From Candidatus Velthaea sp. (lineage in GTDB: Bacteria > Vulcanimicrobiota > Vulcanimicrobiia > Vulcanimicrobiales > Vulcanimicrobiaceae), in the NCBI GenBank assembly GCA_050012475.1, contig JBEKHC010000043.1, positions 1-50,785 on the forward strand: DNA of 50,785 bases, given 5' to 3'. Both the position numbers and the translations under genes were made by a program. Shown here in pieces: positions 42,565 to 50,785 of this stretch (position 1 is the stretch's first letter; every line of letters starts with the position of its first letter). Under the pieces are notes generated by a model that did no database searches, had not been told where the DNA came from, and was given only the letters and a program-made list of their open reading frames with translations.

Positions 42565-43233
42565 ATGCACGGCGATTGGTTTTTCGATACAGCGCGCGGA
42601 AAAATCGTGGCCGCTTTGCGCGGCCGCCGCGGAGCTTCGGCATTCGATCTAGCTCGTGAATTTGGCCTGTCGACCAACGCTGTAAGACAGCAGTTCATCT
42701 TGCTCGAGCGCGACGGGTTGGTGACGGCGTCGAGCGTGCGGCGCGGTAAAACCAAGCCGACCGTCGAATACCGGCTGACGCCTGCGGCGGAGAAGTACTT
42801 TCCGCAGCATTACGACCGGATGCTCAATGCGGTCTTGCGCGAAGTGCGCGCGAACGGTGGTGACGATGCGGTAGCGGCGATCTTCCAGTCGATGAGCCGT
42901 CGCCAGGCCGACCGGCTCAACGCCGACGTCGAAGAACGGCCGGTAGCCGAACGCGTCGCTGCGCTCACCGATCTGCTGCGCGAGTCTGGCGTCGAAGCCA
43001 AAGCGGAAGAAACGGCGGCCGGATTCACGATTCACGAGCAGAACTGTCCCTACGCCGAGACCGTCGGCGAACATCCCGAGATCTGCGGTTTGATCCGTTC
43101 GGTGATCCAGGACGTCGTCGCGCCGGGAGTCGTCCAGACGGATTCGCTCGCGACGGGCGGAACGGAATGTCGATTCGAAATCACGACCGGCAACAAGGCG
43201 GCGCGGGAGGATCCGGCAACCGGCGAGAGCTAA
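42565..43233 (+). CDS. sufR: SufR-like HTH regulator (island-side paralog)
   Basis: wHTH N-terminus, NCPY...EIC...ECRF Cys motif; near-identical to 47617..48324. Confidence 0.85.
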   Translation: MHGDWFFDTARGKIVAALRGRRGASAFDLAREFGLSTNAVRQQFILLERDGLVTASSVRRGKTKPTVEYRLTPAAEKYFPQHYDRMLNAVLREVRANGGDDAVAAIFQSMSRRQADRLNADVEERPVAERVAALTDLLRESGVEAKAEETAAGFTIHEQNCPYAETVGEHPEICGLIRSVIQDVVAPGVVQTDSLATGGTECRFEITTGNKAAREDPATGES

Positions 43234-43556
43234 CGCCGTCGAAAGCGGAGAACGGGCCCGACGAGTTGCTCGATCGCCAGCGCCATGACGAGCGCCCAAC
43301 ATTCGATGACGGAGAGATCGCCGCTCCGCGAAGCGGCCGGCGCGCTGACCGCGACGGCCGCCCCCATCGCCAACGACCCGGCGATCGCGCGCAGCACGCC
43401 GCGAACGATCGAGCGGCGCTCGCGCAGACCGGCGCGCACGTCGGCGAGCAGGCGCACGGGCGAGCGAGTTCCGATGTCCCAGATCACGAGCGCCGTCGTA
43501 TTGAGCAGAATAGCCAACGCGATTCGAACCGCATCGACCGCGAACCCGCTACTCAC
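43230..43556 (-). CDS. small hypothetical membrane protein
   Basis: Part of ORF 43230..43634 with three hydrophobic stretches; GTG start at 43556 is a guess. Confidence 0.4.
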   Translation of the reverse strand: MSSGFAVDAVRIALAILLNTTALVIWDIGTRSPVRLLADVRAGLRERRSIVRGVLRAIAGSLAMGAAVAVSAPAASRSGDLSVIECWALVMALAIEQLVGPVLRFRRR

Positions 43557-43574
43557 CCCAGCCCAACCGGCGAA

Positions 43575-43657
43575 GCGGCTTGGCGCGTAGCGCCAAACGC
43601 GACGGGCGGCTTGCGGCGCAGCCGCAAACGCCAAAGGTTCGAGGCAGTCGAACCCGG
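43575..43657. repeat. REP-like palindromic repeat (family A, two units)
   Basis: GCGGCTTGGCGCGTAGCGCCAAACGC and GCGGCTTGCGGCGCAGCCGCAAACGCC..GGTTCGA..TCGAACC. Confidence 0.7.
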
Positions 43658-44053
43658 TTAGGCGACTTCGTCAGGCCACGTAGCAATCTGGCCGAGCGCC
43701 GCGGATTTGAGCACCTTGAGCCCGAGCGTCGCGCATTTCATGCGGGTCGGACTGATGCCGATCCCGACGTTCTCGAGCACCGTTTCTTTCGATAAGCGCG
43801 CGACGTCCTCGAGTTTTTGTCCGCGGACGGAATCGAGCAGCATCGACATCGAGGCTTGTGAGATCGCGCAGCCCTTGCCCGAGAAGCGGACATCGTCGAC
43901 GCGTCCGTCGTCATCGACGTGCAGTTCGACCCGAATCGTGTCGCCGCAGAGCGGATTGAAATCCTCGGCAACGGCCGTCGGCGCATCCATGTGGCCGAAG
44001 TTGCGCGGGTTGCGGTAGTGGTCGAGAATATATTCTTTGTAGAAATCGTCCAT
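43658..44053 (-). CDS. sufU: SufU
   Basis: YILDHYRNPRN, NPLCGD, GCAISQAS, RMKCA; follows sufS. Confidence 0.92.
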   Translation of the reverse strand: MDDFYKEYILDHYRNPRNFGHMDAPTAVAEDFNPLCGDTIRVELHVDDDGRVDDVRFSGKGCAISQASMSMLLDSVRGQKLEDVARLSKETVLENVGIGISPTRMKCATLGLKVLKSAALGQIATWPDEVA

Positions 44054-44062
44054 TGATCGGTC

Positions 44063-45313
44063 TCAGGCCAGCCGGAAGACGCGGGCAGCCTTTTCGAGTG
44101 CGCCGATGAGCACGTCGACGTCTTCCTCGCTGTTGTAGATGTAAAAGGATGCACGTGCGGTGGCGCTCCAGCCCATCTTGTCCATGAGCGGCATCGTGCA
44201 GTGATGTCCGGCTCGCACGCAGACGCCCTCGGTGTCCAAGAGCGAGGCCAAGTCGTGGGCGTGGATGTCGCCGAGATTGAAACTGATGACGCCGGCTCGA
44301 TCCTCAGCCCGCGGCGGCCCGTAGATCGCGAGGCCCCGTCCGGCCAACGTTTGCAGCCGCGCGAGTGCGTAGCGCGTGAGCTCGATCTCGTGCGCGCGCA
44401 CCCACTCCATGCCGATGCCCGTGAGGTAATCGACGGCCGCACCCAGCGCGATGGCATCGGCGATGTTGCTGGTTCCGGCCTCGAACTTCCAGGGCAGTTC
44501 GTTGAACGTCGACTCGGTATACTGAACCCGGCGAATCATGTCGCCGCCGGTTAGAAACGGCGGCATCGCGTCGAGCAGCTCGCGCCGGCCGTACAAGAAG
44601 CCAATGCCCGTGGGGCCGCACATTTTGTGCCCCGACGCGGCGAAGAAGTCGACCTCGAGATCTTGCACGTCGATCTTCATGTGCGGCACCGATTGTGCAC
44701 CGTCGACGAGCACGACCGCCCCCGCGGCGTGCGCGAGCGGCACGATCTCCTCGAGCGGCACGATCGAGCCCATCGTGTTGCTCACATGCGTGAGCGCGAC
44801 GAGCTTGACGCCGCTGAGCTTTTCCTCGAGATCGTCGAGCAGCAAGTTGCCGTCCGCGCCGGCGCTGATGAACCGCAGCTCGGTACCGGTTTTCGCAGCC
44901 AGTAGCTGCCAGGGCACGAGGTTCGAGTGATGTTCGAGTTCGGTGGTGAGGATCGCGTCGCCCGGCTTGAGGTTGGTCAAACCCCACGAGAAGCTGACGA
45001 GGTTGATCGCTTCGGTTGTGTTGCGCGTCCAGATGATCTCGGCCGCTTCGCGCGCGCTGATGAAGCGGGCTACTTTCTCACGCGCGCCCTCGAACGCCGC
45101 CGTCGCGCGTTCGGCCAGTTCGTACACGCCGCGGTGGATGTTGGCGTTGTACGACGTGTAGTAGTCGACGAGCGAATCGATGACGGCTTGCGGCTTCTGA
45201 GAGCTGGCAGCCGAATCGAGATAGACCAGCCGTTTTCCGCGCGACGTCGGCTTGGCGAGGATCGGGAAGTCGGCGATGATCCGGGCGAGCTTCGGATCGG
45301 CTGCGGCGAGCAT
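44063..45313 (-). CDS. sufS: cysteine desulfurase SufS (host)
   Basis: YLDSAASSQKP, EHHSN, SGHKM, RAGHHC. Confidence 0.95.
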   Translation of the reverse strand: MLAAADPKLARIIADFPILAKPTSRGKRLVYLDSAASSQKPQAVIDSLVDYYTSYNANIHRGVYELAERATAAFEGAREKVARFISAREAAEIIWTRNTTEAINLVSFSWGLTNLKPGDAILTTELEHHSNLVPWQLLAAKTGTELRFISAGADGNLLLDDLEEKLSGVKLVALTHVSNTMGSIVPLEEIVPLAHAAGAVVLVDGAQSVPHMKIDVQDLEVDFFAASGHKMCGPTGIGFLYGRRELLDAMPPFLTGGDMIRRVQYTESTFNELPWKFEAGTSNIADAIALGAAVDYLTGIGMEWVRAHEIELTRYALARLQTLAGRGLAIYGPPRAEDRAGVISFNLGDIHAHDLASLLDTEGVCVRAGHHCTMPLMDKMGWSATARASFYIYNSEEDVDVLIGALEKAARVFRLA

Positions 45314-45315
45314 GG

Positions 45316-46692
45316 CTAATCGATCTCCGTCGCGGCGTCGATCTTGGCGTCGAGTGCGGTGCGAATCTCGTCGCGCAACCGCTCGCCGGGGAAGCGCGAG
45401 ACGACCGGCTCGAAGAAGCCCAGCGCGATCATCCGCAGTGCGTCGGGCCGCGTGATGCCGCGGCTGCGCGCGTAGAACAGCTGCTCGTCGTCGACCGAGC
45501 CGACCGTCGCGCCATGGAAGGCTTTGACGTCGTTGGCGGCGATTTCGAGCGCCGGAACCGAGTCGATGTGCGCGGTCTTGGACAGCAGCAGCGCGTCGTC
45601 ACGCAGCGACGCGTCGCTCCCGTGGGCTTGTTTGCGAATGGCGATGTTGCCGAAGAATCGGCCCTGCCCGCGATCGGTCGCGGCGCTGCGCACGACGGTG
45701 TTGGACGTCGTCTGACCGACGCGATGATCGGTGTGCACCGTGAGATCGACGTGCTGGGTGGCGCCGGTAAAAAACAAGGCGGACGCCTCGCCCGCGGCGC
45801 CTTCGCCGGTGAGCGCGGTGGTGACGACGCTGCGCGCCAAGCCGCCGCCCAACTCCGCGAGCTGCCAACGCATCGTGGCGTCGCGCTCGCAGCGCGCACC
45901 GCGGCTGGCGAAGATGCGCGCTTCCGGATCGGCCTGCTGAATGCTGACCACGTCGAGCGACGCGCCCGCTCCGACGTGCGCTTCCACGATCCCGCAAACG
46001 AAGGCGTCGCCTTCGCCGGCGTGCCGTTCGATCACCGTCGCGCGGGCGCCGGCCCCGAGCACGATCGCCACGTGCGGAAAGACCGCCGCAGCTTGCGCTT
46101 CGCCGTTGACGAACAGCAGTTGAATGGGAGCTTCGACGGCGACGCCGTCAGGCACGTACACGAACGCGCCGCAGTTCTGGAACGCCGTCGTCAACGCGGC
46201 AAACCGGTCGGCATGCGGATCGACGATCTGGTGCAGCACCGGGGTCAGCAGATCGGCGTGGTCGCGCAGCGCGTCGGCCAGCGACGTTACGATCACGCGC
46301 GGATCCGCCGAGGTCGGGCCCGGGCCTTCGAGCAGCGTTGCACCGAGATGCACCAAACCGCCGGCGTTCTCCGTTGCAAGCGCGGGACGGTCGGCATCGA
46401 GATCGCCGGCGGCGGTCGCGGCAAGCGGCATGGTCGGCACGCTGCGCCGGCCCGAGTCCCACTGCAGCGCCTCGAACGGCAGTTTGGCGTAATCGTAGCG
46501 CCACGAGCGGCCGGGAAATCCGCCCGGAACCGGCAGCACGCCGTACGCGGCGAAGGCGGCCCGGCGGTCCGCGGCGGCGACGGCGCTGCCGGAACCGGTA
46601 CCGGCCCGTTCGAGAAAAGCGAGTGCCGCCTCGAGCGTCCCGGGCGTCGGGAGAAACGCGATCGCGGCAGGCGGCGCGGTGATGCTAGGCAA
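45316..46692 (-). CDS. sufD: SufD (host)
   Basis: WRY, PALEI.ANDVKAFHGAT, LFYARSRGI; TTG start overlapping sufC stop. Confidence 0.85.
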   Translation of the reverse strand: MPSITAPPAAIAFLPTPGTLEAALAFLERAGTGSGSAVAAADRRAAFAAYGVLPVPGGFPGRSWRYDYAKLPFEALQWDSGRRSVPTMPLAATAAGDLDADRPALATENAGGLVHLGATLLEGPGPTSADPRVIVTSLADALRDHADLLTPVLHQIVDPHADRFAALTTAFQNCGAFVYVPDGVAVEAPIQLLFVNGEAQAAAVFPHVAIVLGAGARATVIERHAGEGDAFVCGIVEAHVGAGASLDVVSIQQADPEARIFASRGARCERDATMRWQLAELGGGLARSVVTTALTGEGAAGEASALFFTGATQHVDLTVHTDHRVGQTTSNTVVRSAATDRGQGRFFGNIAIRKQAHGSDASLRDDALLLSKTAHIDSVPALEIAANDVKAFHGATVGSVDDEQLFYARSRGITRPDALRMIALGFFEPVVSRFPGERLRDEIRTALDAKIDAATEID

Positions 46693-47449
46693 CGCTGCTC
46701 GCCACCTCGTCGCGAATCTTGTCGTAGCCTTCGCGTTCGATCAGGTTCGCGAGTTCGGGGCCGCCGGTCTTCACGATCCGCCCGTCCATCATGATGTGCA
46801 CGACGTCGGCGGGGATGTAGTTGAGAATGCGCGGGTAGTGCGTGATGATGAGAAACGCGCCGCTTGCACCGGCTTCCGTCGCGCGCAGCGCGTTGATCGA
46901 CCGGCCGACCGACTGCAGCGCATCGACGTCCAGGCCAGAATCGGTTTCGTCCAAGACCGCGTACTTGGGCTGCAGCATCGCCAGCTGCAGCATTTCGAGG
47001 CGCTTTTTCTCGCCGCCCGAAAAACCGTCGTTGACGTAGCGCGACAGAAACGCGGGATCCATGTCGAGCACGTCGAGCTGGTCGAAGATCATCTTGCGGA
47101 ACTTCGCGGGCGGGAGATCGTCGGGCCGGACGGCCATGCGCGCCGTGCGAATGAAGTTGGCGACCGAGACGCCTGGGATGGCGGCCGGGTACTGGAACGA
47201 CAGAAACAAGCCGGCCTTGGCCCGCTTGTCGGGCGCCAGGCCGATGAGTTCCTCGCCGTCGAGCCGCACCGAGCCCTCGAGCACCTTGTAATTCGGGTGG
47301 CCGCTCATCGCAAACGCGAGCGTCGACTTGCCGCTGCCGTTGGGTCCCATGAGCGCGTGCACTTTTCCCGGCTCGACGTCGAGATCGATCCCTTTGAGGA
47401 TCTCTTTCTCTTCGACGGCGACCCGCAGGCCGCTGATTACTAGACTCAT
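46685..47449 (-). CDS. sufC: SufC (host)
   Basis: GPNGSGKST, FQYP, GFSGGEKKR, LDETDSGLD, ITHY; AGGAG RBS. Confidence 0.95.
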   Translation of the reverse strand: MSLVISGLRVAVEEKEILKGIDLDVEPGKVHALMGPNGSGKSTLAFAMSGHPNYKVLEGSVRLDGEELIGLAPDKRAKAGLFLSFQYPAAIPGVSVANFIRTARMAVRPDDLPPAKFRKMIFDQLDVLDMDPAFLSRYVNDGFSGGEKKRLEMLQLAMLQPKYAVLDETDSGLDVDALQSVGRSINALRATEAGASGAFLIITHYPRILNYIPADVVHIMMDGRIVKTGGPELANLIEREGYDKIRDEVASSVA

Positions 47450-47560
47450 TGAACTCCTGACGGACGCATGCGGCTCTCGCCTAAAATGTTGCTGGCGCAC
47501 CGACCGAACGCACGCCATACGCGCGCACCGGTACCGAGCACGATGGTAGCTTTGCGCGTC

Positions 47561-47590
47561 AAGAAAGTCAAGGAAAGTCTGGACTTTCTT
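47561..47590. promoter_or_regulatory. inverted repeat, candidate SufR operator in divergent sufC/sufR promoter
   Basis: AAGAAAGTC-N12-GACTTTCTT, followed by -10-like TACGAT. Confidence 0.55.
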
Positions 47591-47616
47591 CTCGTACGAT
47601 GGTAGGCTGCTGGGGT

Positions 47617-48324
47617 ATGCACGGCGACTGGTTTTTCGACACAGCGCGCGGCAAGATCGTAGCTGCCTTGCGCGGCCGCCACGGTGCGTCGGCAGTCGAT
47701 TTGGCGCGAGAATTCGGCCTTTCGACGAATGCGATCCGTCAGCAGTTCGTGCTGCTCGAACGTGACGGGCTGGTCACGGGGTCGAGCGTGCGGCGCGGCA
47801 AGACCAAGCCGACGGTCGAATACCGGCTCACGCCGGCGGCTGAAAAGTACTTCCCGCAGCATTACGACCGGATGCTCAACGCCGTGCTGCGCGAGGTGCG
47901 CGAGACCGGCGGCGACGATGCCGTGCAGGCGATCTTCAACGCGATGAGCCGCCGCCAAGCCGGACGACTCAAAGCGCGGCTCGAGGAACGGCCGGTCGCC
48001 GAACGCGTCGCCGCGCTGACGGATCTGTTGCGCGGCTCGGGCGTCGAGGCCGAAGCCGAACAAACCGCGGGCGGCTTCACCATCCGCGAACACAATTGCC
48101 CGTACGCCGAGACCGTCGGCGAACATCCGGAGATTTGCGGTTTGATCCATTCCGTGATCCGGGACGTCGTGGCCCCGCGGGTCATTCAGACCGATTCGCT
48201 CGCAACCGGCGGCACCGAGTGCCGGTTCGAGATTTCGACAAGCAGCGCCGCCGCACCGGATGCACCGGACGGGCAAGTTGGGGAGCAGCCGAGTGGATTT
48301 CGCGAAGTTTCAGCAGCTCGTTGA
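47617..48324 (+). CDS. sufR: SufR-like HTH regulator (host)
   Basis: Divergent from sufC; wHTH plus NCPY...C...C motif. Confidence 0.88.
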   Translation: MHGDWFFDTARGKIVAALRGRHGASAVDLAREFGLSTNAIRQQFVLLERDGLVTGSSVRRGKTKPTVEYRLTPAAEKYFPQHYDRMLNAVLREVRETGGDDAVQAIFNAMSRRQAGRLKARLEERPVAERVAALTDLLRGSGVEAEAEQTAGGFTIREHNCPYAETVGEHPEICGLIHSVIRDVVAPRVIQTDSLATGGTECRFEISTSSAAAPDAPDGQVGEQPSGFREVSAAR

Positions 48325-48826
48325 GAAGCGGTCGGGGTTCCGCACGATGGACGATGCGATGGCCAGCGGCGAGTATTTCAGCGATTCGTGCGGCGACATG
48401 TACACGTACTATCTCAAGGTCGGGCCGGACGAACGCATCGAGGACATCTCGTACTTCACGACCGGCTGCGGCTTCGGCACCGCGACCTGTTCCTTGTTGG
48501 TCGAACTCGCGCACGGCAAGACGCTCGACGAAGCGCTGGCAGTGACCGATCAGGACATCATGGACGCCCTGGGCGGCTATCCCGAGAAGAAAAAGGATTA
48601 TCCGGAACGCTCGCGCGCGGCGTTGCGCGCCGCGATCGAGGATTACCGCGCGAAGCGCGCGGCCGGCAAGATCACCGACGACATGCTCGAAAAAGCGCGT
48701 GCCGTCGCGGCCGCCGCGGCTCTTGCCGAGTTGCCCGGCACCGGCAAGACCTCGCAGGATGAGGCCCAAGCGGCAGGTCCCAAAGTCGTCGACGACGCCG
48801 GCCTCGTCACGATCAAACTGCATTAG
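48293..48826 (+). CDS. IscU/NifU-N-like scaffold protein, atypical Cys pattern
   Basis: SCGD.Y..YL.V....IEDISY...GCG...A.CS.L.ELA.GKTLDEAL...LGG.P.KK. Confidence 0.75.
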   Translation: MDFAKFQQLVEKRSGFRTMDDAMASGEYFSDSCGDMYTYYLKVGPDERIEDISYFTTGCGFGTATCSLLVELAHGKTLDEALAVTDQDIMDALGGYPEKKKDYPERSRAALRAAIEDYRAKRAAGKITDDMLEKARAVAAAAALAELPGTGKTSQDEAQAAGPKVVDDAGLVTIKLH

Positions 48827-48881
48827 CAGCAGGGCTCAGCTTCGCTGAGTCCGTGGCGTTTATGGCTGCGCCGCAAGCCGC
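48826..48881. repeat. REP-like palindromic repeat (family A, reverse)
   Basis: Reverse complement GCGGCTTGCGGCGCAGCCATAAACGCCACGG..hairpin..CCCTGCTGC matches 7117..7176. Confidence 0.7.
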
Positions 48882-48962
48882 GGCAGCTCTGAGCGCCGAG
48901 CGGCGCCGCGCCTGACGTTGGTCGCGGCGCGTCGGCCGGTTCGAGAGATCGCGGATGTGCCG

Positions 48963-49832
48963 TTAGCGGGCGGCGCCGGCAGTCGAGCGCGAGGCCGAGG
49001 CCGAGCGGACGGGACCTCCGAGGAACGCGAGCAGGTCGTTGTTGACCCGGTCTTTGAGGGTCGAACACAGGCCGTGCGGAGCGCCTTCGTAGACTTTGAG
49101 TTCGGCGTTCTCGATCAGCTTGGCCGACAGCGGGGCCGAATCGGCAAACGGGACGATCTGATCGACGTCGCCGTGGATGATGAGCGTCGGAACGTCGAAC
49201 TTCTTGAGATCCTCGGTGAAGTCGGTTTCGGAAAACGCTTTGATGCAGTCGAACAGTCCCTTGAGACCGCCCTGCATGCCCTGCAGCCAGAACGAATCGC
49301 GCAATCCTTGCGAGACGGTTGCGCCGCTTCGGTTCGCGCCGTAAAACGGCACGGAGAGGTCCTTGAAAAACTGCGAGCGGTCCGACTGCACGCCGGCGCG
49401 AATTTGGTCGAATGCTTCTATCGGCAGGCCGCCGGGGTTGGCGTCGGTCTTGAGCATGATCGGCGGTACGGCGCCGATGAGGACGGCTTTCGCGACCCGT
49501 TTGGTCCCGTGCCGGCCGATGTAGCGCGCGACCTCGCCGCCGCCCGTCGAGTGCCCGACGTGAACCGCGTTCTCGAGATTCAGTGCTTCCGTGAGAGCGG
49601 CGAGATCGTCGGCGTAGGTGTCCATGTCGTTGCCGGTCCAGGGTTGGCTCGAGCGCCCGTGGCCGCGCCGGTCGTGCGCGATCGTGCGATAACCGTTGGA
49701 GGCCAGAAATACCATCTGGTCTTCGAAAGCGTCCGCCGTCAACGGCCAACCGTGACTGAAAACGACCGGCTGGCCGTTGCCCCAATCCTTGTAATAGATC
49801 TGAGTTCCATCGTCGGTGGTGATCGTGCTCAT
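48963..49832 (-). CDS. non-heme chloroperoxidase/perhydrolase-type alpha/beta hydrolase
   Basis: [42 protein letters not shown]. Confidence 0.9.
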   Translation of the reverse strand: MSTITTDDGTQIYYKDWGNGQPVVFSHGWPLTADAFEDQMVFLASNGYRTIAHDRRGHGRSSQPWTGNDMDTYADDLAALTEALNLENAVHVGHSTGGGEVARYIGRHGTKRVAKAVLIGAVPPIMLKTDANPGGLPIEAFDQIRAGVQSDRSQFFKDLSVPFYGANRSGATVSQGLRDSFWLQGMQGGLKGLFDCIKAFSETDFTEDLKKFDVPTLIIHGDVDQIVPFADSAPLSAKLIENAELKVYEGAPHGLCSTLKDRVNNDLLAFLGGPVRSASASRSTAGAAR

Positions 49833-50042
49833 GAGCGTCTCTTCTCGTGCAGGGACGTCGCTCGCTGGTATTCGCGCGAAGGAGCGCGCGACGTTCCGAG
49901 GGTGGATGATGCCGCGCCCCGACCGCGCGAGCGGCCCGGGAGGCGCGGGTAAAGCCGTCGTACCCGCGGGCATCCGCATTCAATAGTGCGCGGCGTCAGA
50001 CGCGCGCGACTAGCCCGATCGGATGGGCGCCCGCTCAACTTG

Positions 50043-50687
50043 CTATCGAGCAGCCAAGTAGGGGTTGTGCCGGCGCTCGGTGCCGATGGTGGTTGCTGGG
50101 CCGTGACCGGGAATCACGACCGTGGTGTCGGCGTAACCCAGCAGCTTCTCGTTGATCGATGTGACGATGTCCTCGAGCGACGTTCCGCCCAAATCCCAAC
50201 GTCCGACGGAGCCGCGAAAGAGGGTATCGCCGGTCAGCAGCATCGGCGTGGCGCCGGCATGCTCGACCGCGAACGAGGTGCTGCCCGGCGTATGGCCGGG
50301 CGTGTGCAAACAGCGCAGCCGAACGGCACCGGCGTCGAGGGCATCCCCGTCGCTCAGGTCGGCATCGATGCGCACGATCGGCGGCGCGTGCCGCAAGCCG
50401 ATCCAATGTGCCTGCGCCGCGAGCGTTGCATACAGCGGGCCGTCGGCCGGATGCAGCAGCGCGCTTCCGCCGCAGGTGTCGCGCAATTCACCCAGCGCGC
50501 CGATGTGATCGATATGGGCGTGCGTGTGCACCAGATACTTGGCCCGCAAACCCAGGGCCCGCAAGCGTTCGGCGATCAGCGGGATGTCGTCGCCAGCGTC
50601 GACGACGATCGCTTCGCCGGTGGCGCGGTCGCCCAAAATCGTGCACGTGCATTCCAGGACCCCGACGGCGTGCTGTTCGACGATCAT
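50043..50687 (-). CDS. MBL-fold metallo-hydrolase (glyoxalase II-like)
   Basis: THAHIDH, HTPGHTPG, GDTLF, PGHG..TTIG.ER. Confidence 0.9.
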   Translation of the reverse strand: MIVEQHAVGVLECTCTILGDRATGEAIVVDAGDDIPLIAERLRALGLRAKYLVHTHAHIDHIGALGELRDTCGGSALLHPADGPLYATLAAQAHWIGLRHAPPIVRIDADLSDGDALDAGAVRLRCLHTPGHTPGSTSFAVEHAGATPMLLTGDTLFRGSVGRWDLGGTSLEDIVTSINEKLLGYADTTVVIPGHGPATTIGTERRHNPYLAAR

Positions 50688-50785
50688 CGCTCACCAAAAT
50701 TCCGATAGTGCCGATCGTAGTACCCCAGCGGCGCCCCCTCGCGTTCGCCGGATTCGATGACGTTACCCAGGAAGATCGTGTGCGT
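50684..50785 (-). CDS. partial CDS (3' end), flavin reductase-like
   Basis: THTIFLGNV...LGYYDRHYR*; stop overlaps next ATG; truncated by window edge. Confidence 0.55.
   Translation of the reverse strand, partial: THTIFLGNVIESGEREGAPLGYYDRHYRNFGER

Overview
High-GC bacterial chromosome segment dominated by a ~35 kb molybdenum-nitrogenase island (~7.7-42.4 kb). The right-facing arm is nifHDKENX-orf-orf-fdxB-nifQ, then iscA-sufBCDSU-sufT-nifSVW-fixABCX, then a FeSII(Shethna II)-rubrerythrin fusion and a second rubrerythrin-like gene. The divergent left-facing arm is nifB-fdxN-hesB-TPR-nifZ-nifZ-DUF3024-nifT-orf-DegT-SIR2-receiver pseudogene, followed by fdxN, a truncated globin and nifI1-nifI2-fprA. 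The nitrogenase is Group I, alpha/betaproteobacterial-like. The window lacks nifA, nifU and draTG, but carries the NifI1/NifI2 PII pair typical of anaerobe/archaeal nif clusters. The island sits inside what looks like a decayed duplicate of the host suf locus: a sufU copy plus sufS remnant on the left and a sufR copy on the right, with the intact sufCDSU/sufR locus adjacent. A 94-bp ungapped element recurs in inverted orientation near both island ends, upstream of nifI1 and of the sufR copy. fixC and a receiver-domain gene are frameshifted by deletions. Three families of small repeats are present. The left 4.7 kb is a decayed integrase-associated accessory region fused to a 3'-truncated corA. 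The flanking housekeeping genes look non-proteobacterial (Terrabacteria-like, possibly Eremiobacterota); this is inference only.
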